This document shows positions 50,564-59,352 of a stretch of DNA of 64,000 nt, one piece after another. The notes beneath the pieces were generated by a model. It did not search any database and was not told the origin of the DNA. It saw nothing but the letters and a program-made list of their open reading frames with translations. Position 1 is the first letter of the stretch; each line of letters opens with the position of its first letter. A program made the translations under genes and the position numbers. Source of the stretch: Candidatus Versatilivorator sp. (lineage in GTDB: Bacteria > Acidobacteriota > Terriglobia > Versatilivoradales > Versatilivoraceae); contig OZ242296.1 of the NCBI GenBank assembly GCA_965207735.1, positions 2,592,001-2,656,000 on the forward strand. Direction: 5' to 3'.

Positions 50564-51712
50564 ATGTCATTTCCGGCCTCGGTACAACGAGCCCTGGCTG
50601 CCAAGGGCGACCGCAAACCAGACTATGAGCGCCTCAAGACGGCCCTGAAACACCAGGAACCCGACTATGTCCCCCTTTTTGAAATGGGGATCGAGCCGGA
50701 GATCAAGCAATTTTTCATGGGCAAGTCCGTCGTGGGACACGCCCAGGAGATCGAATTCTTCGAGACCGCCGGCTTTGACGCCTACCCCGTCTCGCTGAGC
50801 GTGATCAATGTCCACCTGAAGCCTGTGGAAGGAAAGGACAGCCAGACCGAAAAAGGCGCCGGCGGCGTCGAAGTGAGCAGCCACACCGTCAGCACCTACA
50901 AGGCCGAACTGGAGGCCTATACCGAACGGCACTGGGCGGAAATGCACAAAGGGGTCATTTCCAACAAAGACGAGTTTGCCGCTTATCCCTGGCCCGACCC
51001 GGACGATCTGGACTTCTCCGTGCTGGACGAGGTGGGAGCGATGCTGCCGCCCGGGATGAAGATCGGCGTGGTCATCGGCAAGGTGTTTACCGGGGTCTGG
51101 TTCATGATGGGGATGGAGACCTTCATGTTGTCCTACATCGACGACCCGGAACTCATCGACATGATGTACGGCAAGATCATCCCCCTCCAGCAGCGGGTGA
51201 TGGAGGTCGCCATGGAACACCCGGCTGTCGGCCTGAGCTTCCATGCCGACGACCTCTCGGGGAAAAACGGACCCCTGGTGCACCCCGACCACTATCGCAA
51301 GTACGCCTTCCCCTGCTACAAGACCATGTGCGATATGGCCAGGGCCGCGGACAAGCCCTTCGTCTACCACACCGACGGGGACATCTCCATGGTGATCGAT
51401 GAACTGATCGACCTCGGCATCCACGGCTGGCATCCGGTGGAAGCACAAGCCCACGACATCAATGAAATCAAGGCGCAATATGGGGACCGGCTCGCCTTGC
51501 TGGGCAACATCGACCTCCAGTACACCTTGACCCTGGGGACTCCTGAGGAAGTTGAGGACGAGGTTCGCACTCGAATCAGGGATCTGGCTCCCGGCGGCGG
51601 CTACTGTGTCTCTTCCGGAAACTCCATCCCCGAATACGTGCCCATAGACAACTACGCCGCCATGCTGGAGGCCACGTTCAGGTACGGCAAGTATCCTATT
51701 GCACTCGATTGA
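50564..51712 (+). CDS. Uroporphyrinogen decarboxylase-superfamily protein (MtaA/CmuA-like methyltransferase fold)
   Basis: EPDYVP, YPWPDP, ADDL, YHTDG, LLGNID, GTPEEV, GGGYCVSSGNSI, N(Y)AAM. Confidence 0.82.
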   Translation: MSFPASVQRALAAKGDRKPDYERLKTALKHQEPDYVPLFEMGIEPEIKQFFMGKSVVGHAQEIEFFETAGFDAYPVSLSVINVHLKPVEGKDSQTEKGAGGVEVSSHTVSTYKAELEAYTERHWAEMHKGVISNKDEFAAYPWPDPDDLDFSVLDEVGAMLPPGMKIGVVIGKVFTGVWFMMGMETFMLSYIDDPELIDMMYGKIIPLQQRVMEVAMEHPAVGLSFHADDLSGKNGPLVHPDHYRKYAFPCYKTMCDMARAADKPFVYHTDGDISMVIDELIDLGIHGWHPVEAQAHDINEIKAQYGDRLALLGNIDLQYTLTLGTPEEVEDEVRTRIRDLAPGGGYCVSSGNSIPEYVPIDNYAAMLEATFRYGKYPIALD

Positions 51713-51793
51713 GCCTGAGCCGGCGGCGGACGGCAGGACCCTCTCCCGCCGGCAACGGCCTTCGATTTCATACGAACAAGGAAGGGACTCTCA

Positions 51794-52549
51794 ATGCCGA
51801 TTGTCAACGACGGCCTGGAGGAAGAACTGCAGTGGGTCACCATCCCCGAAGAGAACCATCGAATTCGGGGAGTCCTGGAAAAGGCAGACCCCTTGATGCA
51901 GGACATCGCCTTTTACGTCATTGTCGGCGAGCACCACCAGACCGACCGCTTGACCCGGGAGGCTCTGGACAAGGACTACGATCCCGGCGCCATTCTGGAC
52001 GATGGGCTGATCGCCGGCATGTCGGTGGTGGGGGTCAAGTTCCGCGACAACGTCATCTTCGTGCCTGAGGTGCTGGTGGCCGCCAGGGCCATGAAGGCCG
52101 GAATGAAGCACTTGGACCCGATCCTGTCGGCATCGGGCATCGAGCCCGTTGGCACGGTCATCATGGGTACCGTCCAGGGCGATCTTCACGATATCGGCAA
52201 GAACCTGTGCGGGATGATGCTTTCAGGGGCCGGCTTTTCCGTCCACGACCTGGGAGTGGACACCAAGCCTCAGGAGTTCGTGGAGGCCGTGATCGAGCAC
52301 AAGGCCGAGCTGGTCGGCATGTCGGCGCTGCTCACCACCACCATGAGAAACATCGAAACGACCAACCGGGCCTTCGAAGAGGCGGGCCTCCGCCACAAGG
52401 TCAGGACGATGGCGGGTGGAGCCGCGCTGAGCCGGGAACTGGCCCACAAGATGAAATGCGACGGCTATGGCAAAGACGCCCTGGCCTGTGTCGAAAGAGC
52501 CAAGGAACTGTTGGAGCAGGTAAAGCTTTCCACCTCCGCTGCAAGCTGA
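51794..52549 (+). CDS. Corrinoid (cobalamin-binding) protein, MtbC/MttC-like
   Basis: GLIAGMSVVG.KF...FVPEVL cap domain; GTVQGDLHDIGKNL; SALLTTT; GGA. Confidence 0.92.
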   Translation: MPIVNDGLEEELQWVTIPEENHRIRGVLEKADPLMQDIAFYVIVGEHHQTDRLTREALDKDYDPGAILDDGLIAGMSVVGVKFRDNVIFVPEVLVAARAMKAGMKHLDPILSASGIEPVGTVIMGTVQGDLHDIGKNLCGMMLSGAGFSVHDLGVDTKPQEFVEAVIEHKAELVGMSALLTTTMRNIETTNRAFEEAGLRHKVRTMAGGAALSRELAHKMKCDGYGKDALACVERAKELLEQVKLSTSAAS

Positions 52550-52558
52550 CCGGGGAGA

Positions 52559-53677
52559 TCAGGCAACCCGGTACTTCTCGACGCCCTCCGGGTTGAGGTC
52601 GATTCCCAGGCCGGGCGCCTGAGGAATGGCCAGAGTGCCGTCCCGGGCCGAGATGCGCTGCCGGGTGATCTCATCCCGCAACCGAGTGCCCTCCTCCACC
52701 ACAAATTCCGTAATGAAGGAGTTGGGGATAGCGTTCAGGAAGTGGAGTGCGGCGGCCACGTTGATATAGGTGGTGAATCCGTGGTTGACGCAGCGCAGGC
52801 CCCGGTCCGCTGCCAGGCTGGCGATTTTGACTGCCTCGGTGAAACCGCCGCATCGGGTCAGGTCCACCTGGACCACGTCGATCCTGCCCTTATCCATCAG
52901 CTCGATAAATGAGCGGCGTTCGCTTTCCTCCTCGCCGGCCGCGATGGGAATGTCGGTCGCCGAGGCCAGGCGTGCGTACCCCCGGTAGTCGTCCGGCAGC
53001 AGGGCCTCCTCGAGCCAGAAGATATCGAACTCGCTGAAGGCTCTGGCTCGCTGGATTGCGGTCTTGGCGTCCCAGGCCAGCCCGGCGTCGATCAGCAGGT
53101 CGGCATCCTCCCCCAGCCCCGCCCGCGCCTCCCGCACCAGGGCCACGTCCGTAGCCGCATCCTCGCCCATCGGCGCCCATCCGAATTTGACCGCGTCGAA
53201 GCCCTTGTCCCGGAAGCGACGGGCTCTCTCGCCCGTTTCAGCAGGCGTGGCCCCGAACAGGGAGCTGGCATAAGCGCGTATCCTCTGGTGGAAGCCGCCG
53301 CCCAACAGCTTCCAGATGGGCAACCCAAGCACCTTGCCCTTGATGTCCCAGAGAGCCATGTCGATTCCGCTCATGGCGTGAATGGCGATTCCCCGCCGGC
53401 CGGCATAGATGTTCTCCCGATACATCTTGTGCCAGAGGTACTCGGTCTGCAGAGGATCTTCGCCGATCAGGAGCTCGCCCAATCCGCTGTTGAGAGGGTG
53501 GCAATAGGGACCCTCGATCATCCCCTTGACGGCCATGGGGGCGGAGTCCACTTCGCCGATGCCATGCACTCCCGCATCGGTCTCGACCCGGACGATGAGA
53601 GCGTCCTGACCGCTGTCGGCCAGTTCCTTGACTTCGGGAAGACGCAAGTAGAGAGTTTCGACTCGAGTGATTTTCAT
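52559..53677 (-). CDS. Mandelate racemase/muconate lactonizing enzyme family protein
   Basis: GIDMALWDIKGK, AYAS, VKFG, D..., WLEE, AAGE, QVDLTRCGG. Confidence 0.9.
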   Translation of the reverse strand: MKITRVETLYLRLPEVKELADSGQDALIVRVETDAGVHGIGEVDSAPMAVKGMIEGPYCHPLNSGLGELLIGEDPLQTEYLWHKMYRENIYAGRRGIAIHAMSGIDMALWDIKGKVLGLPIWKLLGGGFHQRIRAYASSLFGATPAETGERARRFRDKGFDAVKFGWAPMGEDAATDVALVREARAGLGEDADLLIDAGLAWDAKTAIQRARAFSEFDIFWLEEALLPDDYRGYARLASATDIPIAAGEEESERRSFIELMDKGRIDVVQVDLTRCGGFTEAVKIASLAADRGLRCVNHGFTTYINVAAALHFLNAIPNSFITEFVVEEGTRLRDEITRQRISARDGTLAIPQAPGLGIDLNPEGVEKYRVA

Positions 53678-53734
53678 GGTGGCTCCAGCCTCGACGGGCG
53701 GGCGGGACAGAAATCGGACCTCTGTGCCCTCGGC

Positions 53735-54466
53735 TCATGCAAAGGCCTGGTTAATGGGTTTGATGATGAGCTCGGGCACGTGGGCTCGCGGGGGAAGCGT
53801 GGCCACAAACAGCACCGCGGCAGCCACGTCTTCCGGCCGCAAAATCTGCGCCCGGTGCTCCGCGCTCACCGCCACCGGGCGGACCTCAAGCAGGGGCGTG
53901 TCCACCTCTCCCGGCGCAATCACGGTGGCGCGGATTCCCCGATGGCCCTCTTCCAGGCTCAACACCTTGGTGAAGGCGTCCATGGCGTGCTTGGAAGCGC
54001 TGTAGGCCGCTCCTCCCAGGTCGCTGGCCCGACAACCGGCCGTCGAGGTGACGTTGACGATGAGGCCGTCCCCGCGATCTCTCATCTGGGGAAGCACCTC
54101 GGCAGCCACGTTGAAGGCCCCGGTGGCATTCACGGCCATGATGTAATCCCAGCTCTCGGGCTCGATCCGCTCCATGGTCCTTTCAACCACGTTTACCCCG
54201 GCGTTGTTGACCAGGATGTCGATCTTCCCGAAGCGGTCGATGGCCTTCCTGACCACCTCGCCGACCTGGGCGCGATCCGTAACGTCCAACGGCCAGGGGT
54301 GCACGGCCCCCTTCCCCGAGACGGTCCGGGCCGCCGCCTGCAGTCTCTCTTGGTTGCGGCCACAGATCACCACCACGGCCCCCTGGGCGGAAAACTGCCG
54401 GGCCACGGCCAATCCGATTCCGGTGGCTCCTCCGGTAACCAGGGCCACTTTGTCCTTGAGTTGCAT
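53735..54466 (-). CDS. Short-chain dehydrogenase/reductase
   Basis: TGGATGIG, LVNNAG, YSASK; start re-called to ATG 54466. Confidence 0.9.
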   Translation of the reverse strand: MQLKDKVALVTGGATGIGLAVARQFSAQGAVVVICGRNQERLQAAARTVSGKGAVHPWPLDVTDRAQVGEVVRKAIDRFGKIDILVNNAGVNVVERTMERIEPESWDYIMAVNATGAFNVAAEVLPQMRDRGDGLIVNVTSTAGCRASDLGGAAYSASKHAMDAFTKVLSLEEGHRGIRATVIAPGEVDTPLLEVRPVAVSAEHRAQILRPEDVAAAVLFVATLPPRAHVPELIIKPINQAFA

Positions 54467-54480
54467 GGTTTTCCTTTCAA

Positions 54481-55926
54481 CTACCGTTGAACGCCTGCCG
54501 TGGCTTCCGGTAGTCCAAAACAGTAGAGGTGTCGGGTGGTCCTCAGGTAGATCCGCCCTCCGGAAATGGCAGGCGTGGCATAGGCTTCCTCCTGAAAATC
54601 GGCCTGAGACAACTGGCGCCATTGGGGTTCGGCGCTGATCACGCTCAGTTCGCCCTTCTCGCTGAGCAAATAGATCTTGCCGTCTCCCGCAACCGGAGAA
54701 CTGAAATACCGGGATTGCCCGGCAACGCGACCCACTTTCAAGGTCTTTCCCGTTTCCCGGTCCAGGCTGGCCACGATTCCCCCTCGCTTTACCCAGAAGA
54801 GATATCCGTTGTACTGGATGGGAGAGGGAACGTAGGGCAGGTAGCGGTTCTGCCTCCACAGCACATGGGACTGGGTGACGTCGCCGGTCCCGCCGGGGCG
54901 GATAGCCAGAGCCACATTTTCCACCGTCTCGAAAATGTCTTTCATTCCGTCGTACTCGGCTCGGGTGAGCTGGTCGTCCTTGTCTCGGTCGAACTGGTTG
55001 AAGCGCGCCTTGAGCGATCCCTCAGGCAACTCCTCAAGCTCCAGGCGACCGTTCCGGTTGCGGTCCAATTGACCGGCAACCTCCGCGAAGGGTTGGAGCT
55101 TGTCCCGTTCTCCCGGTTCGGCTCCCGGAGACCAGGTGGCGCTGAAGACGACTCCTCCATCGCCGACAATCGGCGTGGTGTTGACGATGCGCGAGAGACC
55201 CCGAACGGTCCAGAGCTCCTTCCCCGTATCAAGATCGTACCCCGCGATCCGCAGGGTTCCGGAAACGACGATCTGCTTCTTTCCGTTAGCCTCCAGACTC
55301 ACCGGGGTCGAAAACCCCCGGGGAAACTCCGGGCGTTCGGTCTTCCAGAGCGTTTTGCCGCTTCCTTTGTCCAAAGCCATGAGAAAAGAGTCGATGTCAT
55401 GATCCTGGTTCAACACCACGCGGTCGCCGACGATGATGGGCGAACTGGCGGCGCCGAATCCATTCTTGAAGGGACCCATCCGGCGCCGCCACAACAACTT
55501 GCCGTTGCGGTCGTAGCAAAAGAGGCCGCCCGACCCGAAGAAGCTCACGATCCGCTGCCCGTCCGTGGCCGGGCTGGACTGGGCGTGGCTCCCGTCACTG
55601 TGAATTTCCTCCAGCTTCCCGTACTCCGCTTCAACCTTCCACAGCACCTCCCCGGTTTCTCCATGCAATCCCAGTGTGTACAGCGATTCATCCTCGACAC
55701 CCGTGATATAGACTCGATCGCCGTGGACCACCGGGGAAGAGTGTCCCGGCGGGAGGGGAACTTTCCAGAGAAGGTTGCGATCGGGCCCAATGGAGGCGGG
55801 CAGCTTGTAAGATCCCGAGGCCACGCCCGAAGCATTGGGACCACGGAACTGGGGCCATGATTCCGATTGAGCCGATTCAACCGCGCAGCATAGTACGACC
55901 AGCGACAAGCACAAGAGCATCTTCAC
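54481..55926 (-). CDS. Exported PQQ-like beta-propeller protein with EF-hand insertion
   Basis: WPQFRGP, repeated SSP..W blades, EF-hand-like DRNRNGRLELEE and DRDKDDQLTRAE. Confidence 0.85.
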   Translation of the reverse strand: MKMLLCLSLVVLCCAVESAQSESWPQFRGPNASGVASGSYKLPASIGPDRNLLWKVPLPPGHSSPVVHGDRVYITGVEDESLYTLGLHGETGEVLWKVEAEYGKLEEIHSDGSHAQSSPATDGQRIVSFFGSGGLFCYDRNGKLLWRRRMGPFKNGFGAASSPIIVGDRVVLNQDHDIDSFLMALDKGSGKTLWKTERPEFPRGFSTPVSLEANGKKQIVVSGTLRIAGYDLDTGKELWTVRGLSRIVNTTPIVGDGGVVFSATWSPGAEPGERDKLQPFAEVAGQLDRNRNGRLELEELPEGSLKARFNQFDRDKDDQLTRAEYDGMKDIFETVENVALAIRPGGTGDVTQSHVLWRQNRYLPYVPSPIQYNGYLFWVKRGGIVASLDRETGKTLKVGRVAGQSRYFSSPVAGDGKIYLLSEKGELSVISAEPQWRQLSQADFQEEAYATPAISGGRIYLRTTRHLYCFGLPEATAGVQR

Positions 55927-56265
55927 GTTGGACCTCCAGGAACGCCGGGAAGAACAGGCCGAGTCAAACCGGGAACACGGATTGAAATCGGCCTCCCCAT
56001 GTAGCGCAAACGAAAGGACGATTATATTCGTTTCAGGAAGGTCATCAAGCCCGCGAATGTCAGAGAGGCTGTGCCTCAGGCCGATAGGCAGGAATAAAGA
56101 TACCAGCGAAAGGGAAGAACCCCGAATAAACGCGAACAGACTGATTGATCGATGGTTGATTGGGGGAGGCGAACATGTATTCCACGTTTCCTGCAGCTTC
56201 TCATACAGGTTCTCAAATCACTGTCCAAAGAAATCGTGGGGCGGGGGACAGAAACCAGAACCTGG

Positions 56266-56292
56266 TTATTCCAGTAATTCAACAACGTCCCC
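56266..56292. repeat. Inverted-repeat site (right-end type) abutting RHS fragment
   Basis: ttattccagtaattcaacaacgtcccc, near-identical to 57436-57462 and 58034-58058. Confidence 0.85.
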
Positions 56293-56300
56293 GAGTTTTC

Positions 56301-57190
56301 AGGTAACGAGTGCCGGGCCGGGCCGGAGCCGTCCCCCCGAACTCGGCCACCAGCTGCCCCAGGACGTTGTAGACATAGGTGGTGGTGACGCCGCTCGATC
56401 CGCCGACCTCCTTCCGGACCCTTCTCCCCTCTCCGTCATAAGCATAGGCGGTGTCGCTGTCGGTGCCGGTGGGGTGGTCGAAGGCCACCAGGCGGTTGTC
56501 CCCGTCGTATTTGAAGGCGTTGGCGGCCCAGTCGGCCTTGAGGTTGCCGGCAGCGTCGTAGGCGACGATGTTCACTCCCTTGACGCCTGCCAGCCGGTTG
56601 GTCCCAGCGGCGATGTCGGCCGTCGACTGGGGTGTCAGCGCCTGGTTCGACCCGTGGGCGGCCCCCGCCGTCACCCGCCGGTTGCCGTAGCGGTCGTAGG
56701 CATAGGTCTGCGACCAAGCCGTGCCGCTGCCGCTTTCGGCGGCCGAGCTCAATCGGTTCAGCGCGTCGTAGGTGTAGGCCTGGTTTTGATTGAGCGAGGC
56801 CCCTACCCGGATCCGCTGGCTCAGGACGTTGCCGTTGTTCGAGGCTGTCCCGTAGGAGTAGTCGAGCAGCAGCAGGCCCGCCGTAGGCCTCGTCCCGGTG
56901 GCCGTCAGCCCCCCGGTGGCCATGGCCGTCCCGAGGCCGATCTGGGTCGGCTGCAGGCGGACGTTATAGCGCCGCTGCTCCCACAGCCCGTTGCCCAGAA
57001 GTAGCTGCTTCACCCCTCCGTGGGGCTCATACCCGACGGCGTTATCCCCCCTCCCCCCGGCATACCAGCCGTCGATGCCCGTCTTGGCCCCCGCAATCCT
57101 CCCCGCCCCGTCGTAGACGTAGTCCACCACCCGGTCGGAGGGGTAGCGCTGCGAGGTCAGGTTCCCCGCCCGGTCGTAGGCGTAGGCCAT
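56301..57190 (-). pseudogene. Orphan RHS core fragment, paralog of 60293-61170
   Basis: Near-identical to the main RHS from MAYAYDRAGNL to PGTRYL with a 12-nt indel; lacks the DHLGS...DPxG core end and toxin tip. Confidence 0.85.
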
Positions 57191-57200
57191 TTGGGCGTTC

Positions 57201-57466
57201 AATAGGGGACGTTGTTGAATCAGTGGAATTTCGCTGTCAGGCGATTCTGTCGACGCCTGGACAGGGAGGAAAAAACGGAGGGGAAATCCCGGACATAGTG
57301 GGGAACTGCTTGGTGCAACGATTCGAACGCGTATTGAGGACGAATCGTGGCGTCAGTGTCTGCGAGTTTGCCGAAGCGCTCGGGAAGCCATCTGCATCGC
57401 CGTTTTATTCAGTCGCGAACAAGAAACTGAGAAAGTTATTCCAGCAATTCAACAACGTCCCCTATT
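57201..57466. mobile_element. MITE-like element with perfect 20-bp terminal inverted repeats
   Basis: aataggggacgttgttgaat (57201-57220) and attcaacaacgtcccctatt (57447-57466). Confidence 0.82.
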
Positions 57467-57467
57467 T

Positions 57468-57635
57468 CCCCCGCTGAAGTGGCCCACCTCCACCACCCGC
57501 CCCAGATTATCCAGCCTGGTCCGGGTCCATCCCGACTTGGTCCTCCCCCGGTAGGGGTTCGAGGTCCAGGTGTAGTAGCCGGGCGAGGACCCATCCGTCA
57601 GGCGCCGGTAGACTGTCTTGATCTTGATGCCCGAA
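57468..57635 (-). pseudogene. Second RHS fragment (divergent paralog of ~61815-61970)
   Basis: Minus strand reads GIKIKTVYRRLTDGSSPGYYTWTSNPYRGRTKSGWTRTRLDNLGRVVEVGHFSG, versus GIKVATHYLRSGTSSTTTTSNPYRGTTKSGWTRTRLDNLGRVVEVGRFSG in the main gene. Confidence 0.8.
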
Positions 57636-57888
57636 GTCGTCGGGGCGTGGGCGGTCGTTTGGGGGGGGAAGAGATCTCTCAGGCTGCCGGCCGGCCGTTC
57701 CGTCGGCAGGACAACAGATTGAAAGGGCTATTCGGTCGAAAGGGGTGAAACGGAGGGATTCACAGGTCGATGTCGGCGCCGGCGAGAGTGACCCTTCAGC
57801 TATGTGGGGCTCTAACTGGGGAAGTACACTGGGGAAGTATTCAATGGCGGTGCACTTGACTCAAGGGTGCAACCTCTGGAGACGGAAA

Positions 57889-58060
57889 CAGGGGATGTTG
57901 TTGAATTGCCGGATTAACCTCTCTCACACCGAGTTGTTGGAAGAGCCCGGATGGTCTCGGATATAGGTTCCGCACCAGGCAAACCACTCCAACACCTTCA
58001 TCGCCAACGGATTACAGAATCGCTAGTTCAAGCTATTCCAGTAACTCAACAACGTCCCTG
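57889..58060. mobile_element. Second, shorter MITE-like element of the same IR family
   Basis: caggggatgttgttgaattgccggatta ... tattccagtaactcaacaacgtccctg, an imperfect inverted pair. Confidence 0.7.
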
Positions 58061-58107
58061 AATTCCCTCTTAACAAATCCACTGTTTCGCACAACCAATT
58101 GCAGACA

Positions 58108-59322
58108 TCACATCTTATCCAGAAACTTCCGGATCCGTTCCACTACCTTGTTCTCTTTAGCAAGTTCGCATTGCCAAATGACCAGCACGTCCCAACCCGC
58201 TTCAGCGAGAGCCTCTTGGTCTTGCGCGTCTCGTTGGTCGATGTCGCGTAGCCTCCGCGACCAGTAATCATAATAGTACTCATCAGCCTGGTCCTCCCTG
58301 CATTCGGGCAGGTCATGCCGATGCACACGACAAGCGTAATAGAAGATCACCTTTTGCCGGTCCGGGAAGACCAGAGCGGGACAGCCGGGAAGGTCCTTGC
58401 GGTCGAGCTGACAATGGTAGCCCATCGATTGCACGAGCTGGCACAGCTGATTCTTTTCAGGCAGCGCTTGAATCTCTAGATAGGGGGGAGTGTAGTCTCT
58501 TCGCAACGGAACAGTAACCCTATTCAGGGACGGCAACGTCTGCAAGGAAGACAGATCCTTGTCGGCCGTGACGTGTAAATCAACAATCGACACCCACTCG
58601 AGGCTTTCGCTCCCTGACAGGAATTTGAGACTCGGGAGAGGGCCACAGTTTTCGAACCGCACTTTCTTGAGACGCTTCATCGAAGCGAGGCGGGGAAACA
58701 TGCTAATTTTCTTGCAAGCATAGACTTCCAGTTCTTCAAGATTGGACAGCTCCTCAATGCCCTCGAGACTGGTCAGCTTCGTGCAGATACATAACTCGAG
58801 AGTCCGCAGCTTGGTAAGCTTCGAAATGCCCGCAAGGCTACACAACTTCCTCGAATAGATCTTCAGGTTTTCGAGCTTCCGCATGGACGCAAGCATACCC
58901 AGGTCTTCCCCAGGGTACGAATCGATGGTCAAGTACTCCAAACGATGGCATTTGTCCAGATTCCTGGTTTTTTTCGACCAACGACAGTACAAACTCCGCA
59001 ACTGCTTGAATACTCCTAGGTCAATGGGGCGCTTCAGATTGACCTCAAATGACAGGTGTTCGATCCCCTTCCGGCACATCAAGGGACTAAGATCGTTGAC
59101 GTTCCAACTGAAGACCTTAAATCCGGTCACAGAAGTCGGAACCTCCTCTAGAAAATCAAGGTGTTCGTCTGGCCAAACTGGAGAGCGCCCATCCCCATCC
59201 AGAGTTAGGGTAAGTACACCTTCGCTCTCAATCACAGAGGCAAATTCCTGCGACCAGGACTGCCGCAAAACCAAGCAGCGACCAAAACGCCCATATTCCC
59301 TGATATATACCCCCCTCCCCAT
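58108..59322 (-). CDS. Leucine-rich-repeat candidate immunity protein fused to a degenerate Vsr-like domain
   Basis: LRR units (LENLKIYSRKLCSLAGISKLTKLRTLELC, LTSLEGIEELSNLEELEV); C-terminal DLPGCPALVFP..KVIF..C..HRH...YW...RD...GWDVLVIWQC; lower GC; directly downstream of the toxin. Confidence 0.8.
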   Translation of the reverse strand: MGRGVYIREYGRFGRCLVLRQSWSQEFASVIESEGVLTLTLDGDGRSPVWPDEHLDFLEEVPTSVTGFKVFSWNVNDLSPLMCRKGIEHLSFEVNLKRPIDLGVFKQLRSLYCRWSKKTRNLDKCHRLEYLTIDSYPGEDLGMLASMRKLENLKIYSRKLCSLAGISKLTKLRTLELCICTKLTSLEGIEELSNLEELEVYACKKISMFPRLASMKRLKKVRFENCGPLPSLKFLSGSESLEWVSIVDLHVTADKDLSSLQTLPSLNRVTVPLRRDYTPPYLEIQALPEKNQLCQLVQSMGYHCQLDRKDLPGCPALVFPDRQKVIFYYACRVHRHDLPECREDQADEYYYDYWSRRLRDIDQRDAQDQEALAEAGWDVLVIWQCELAKENKVVERIRKFLDKM

Positions 59323-59352
59323 AAAAGAGATCCCTCCATTGCACCGAAAGTC

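Noticed and set aside
57815-57839. actggggaagta direct repeat (x2)
   Set aside because: Only two copies in decayed DNA; probably a slippage duplication.
58108-58450. Functional vsr gene of a restriction-modification system
   Set aside because: The catalytic Asp and the FW motif are absent, it has no separate start, and no cytosine methyltransferase is nearby.
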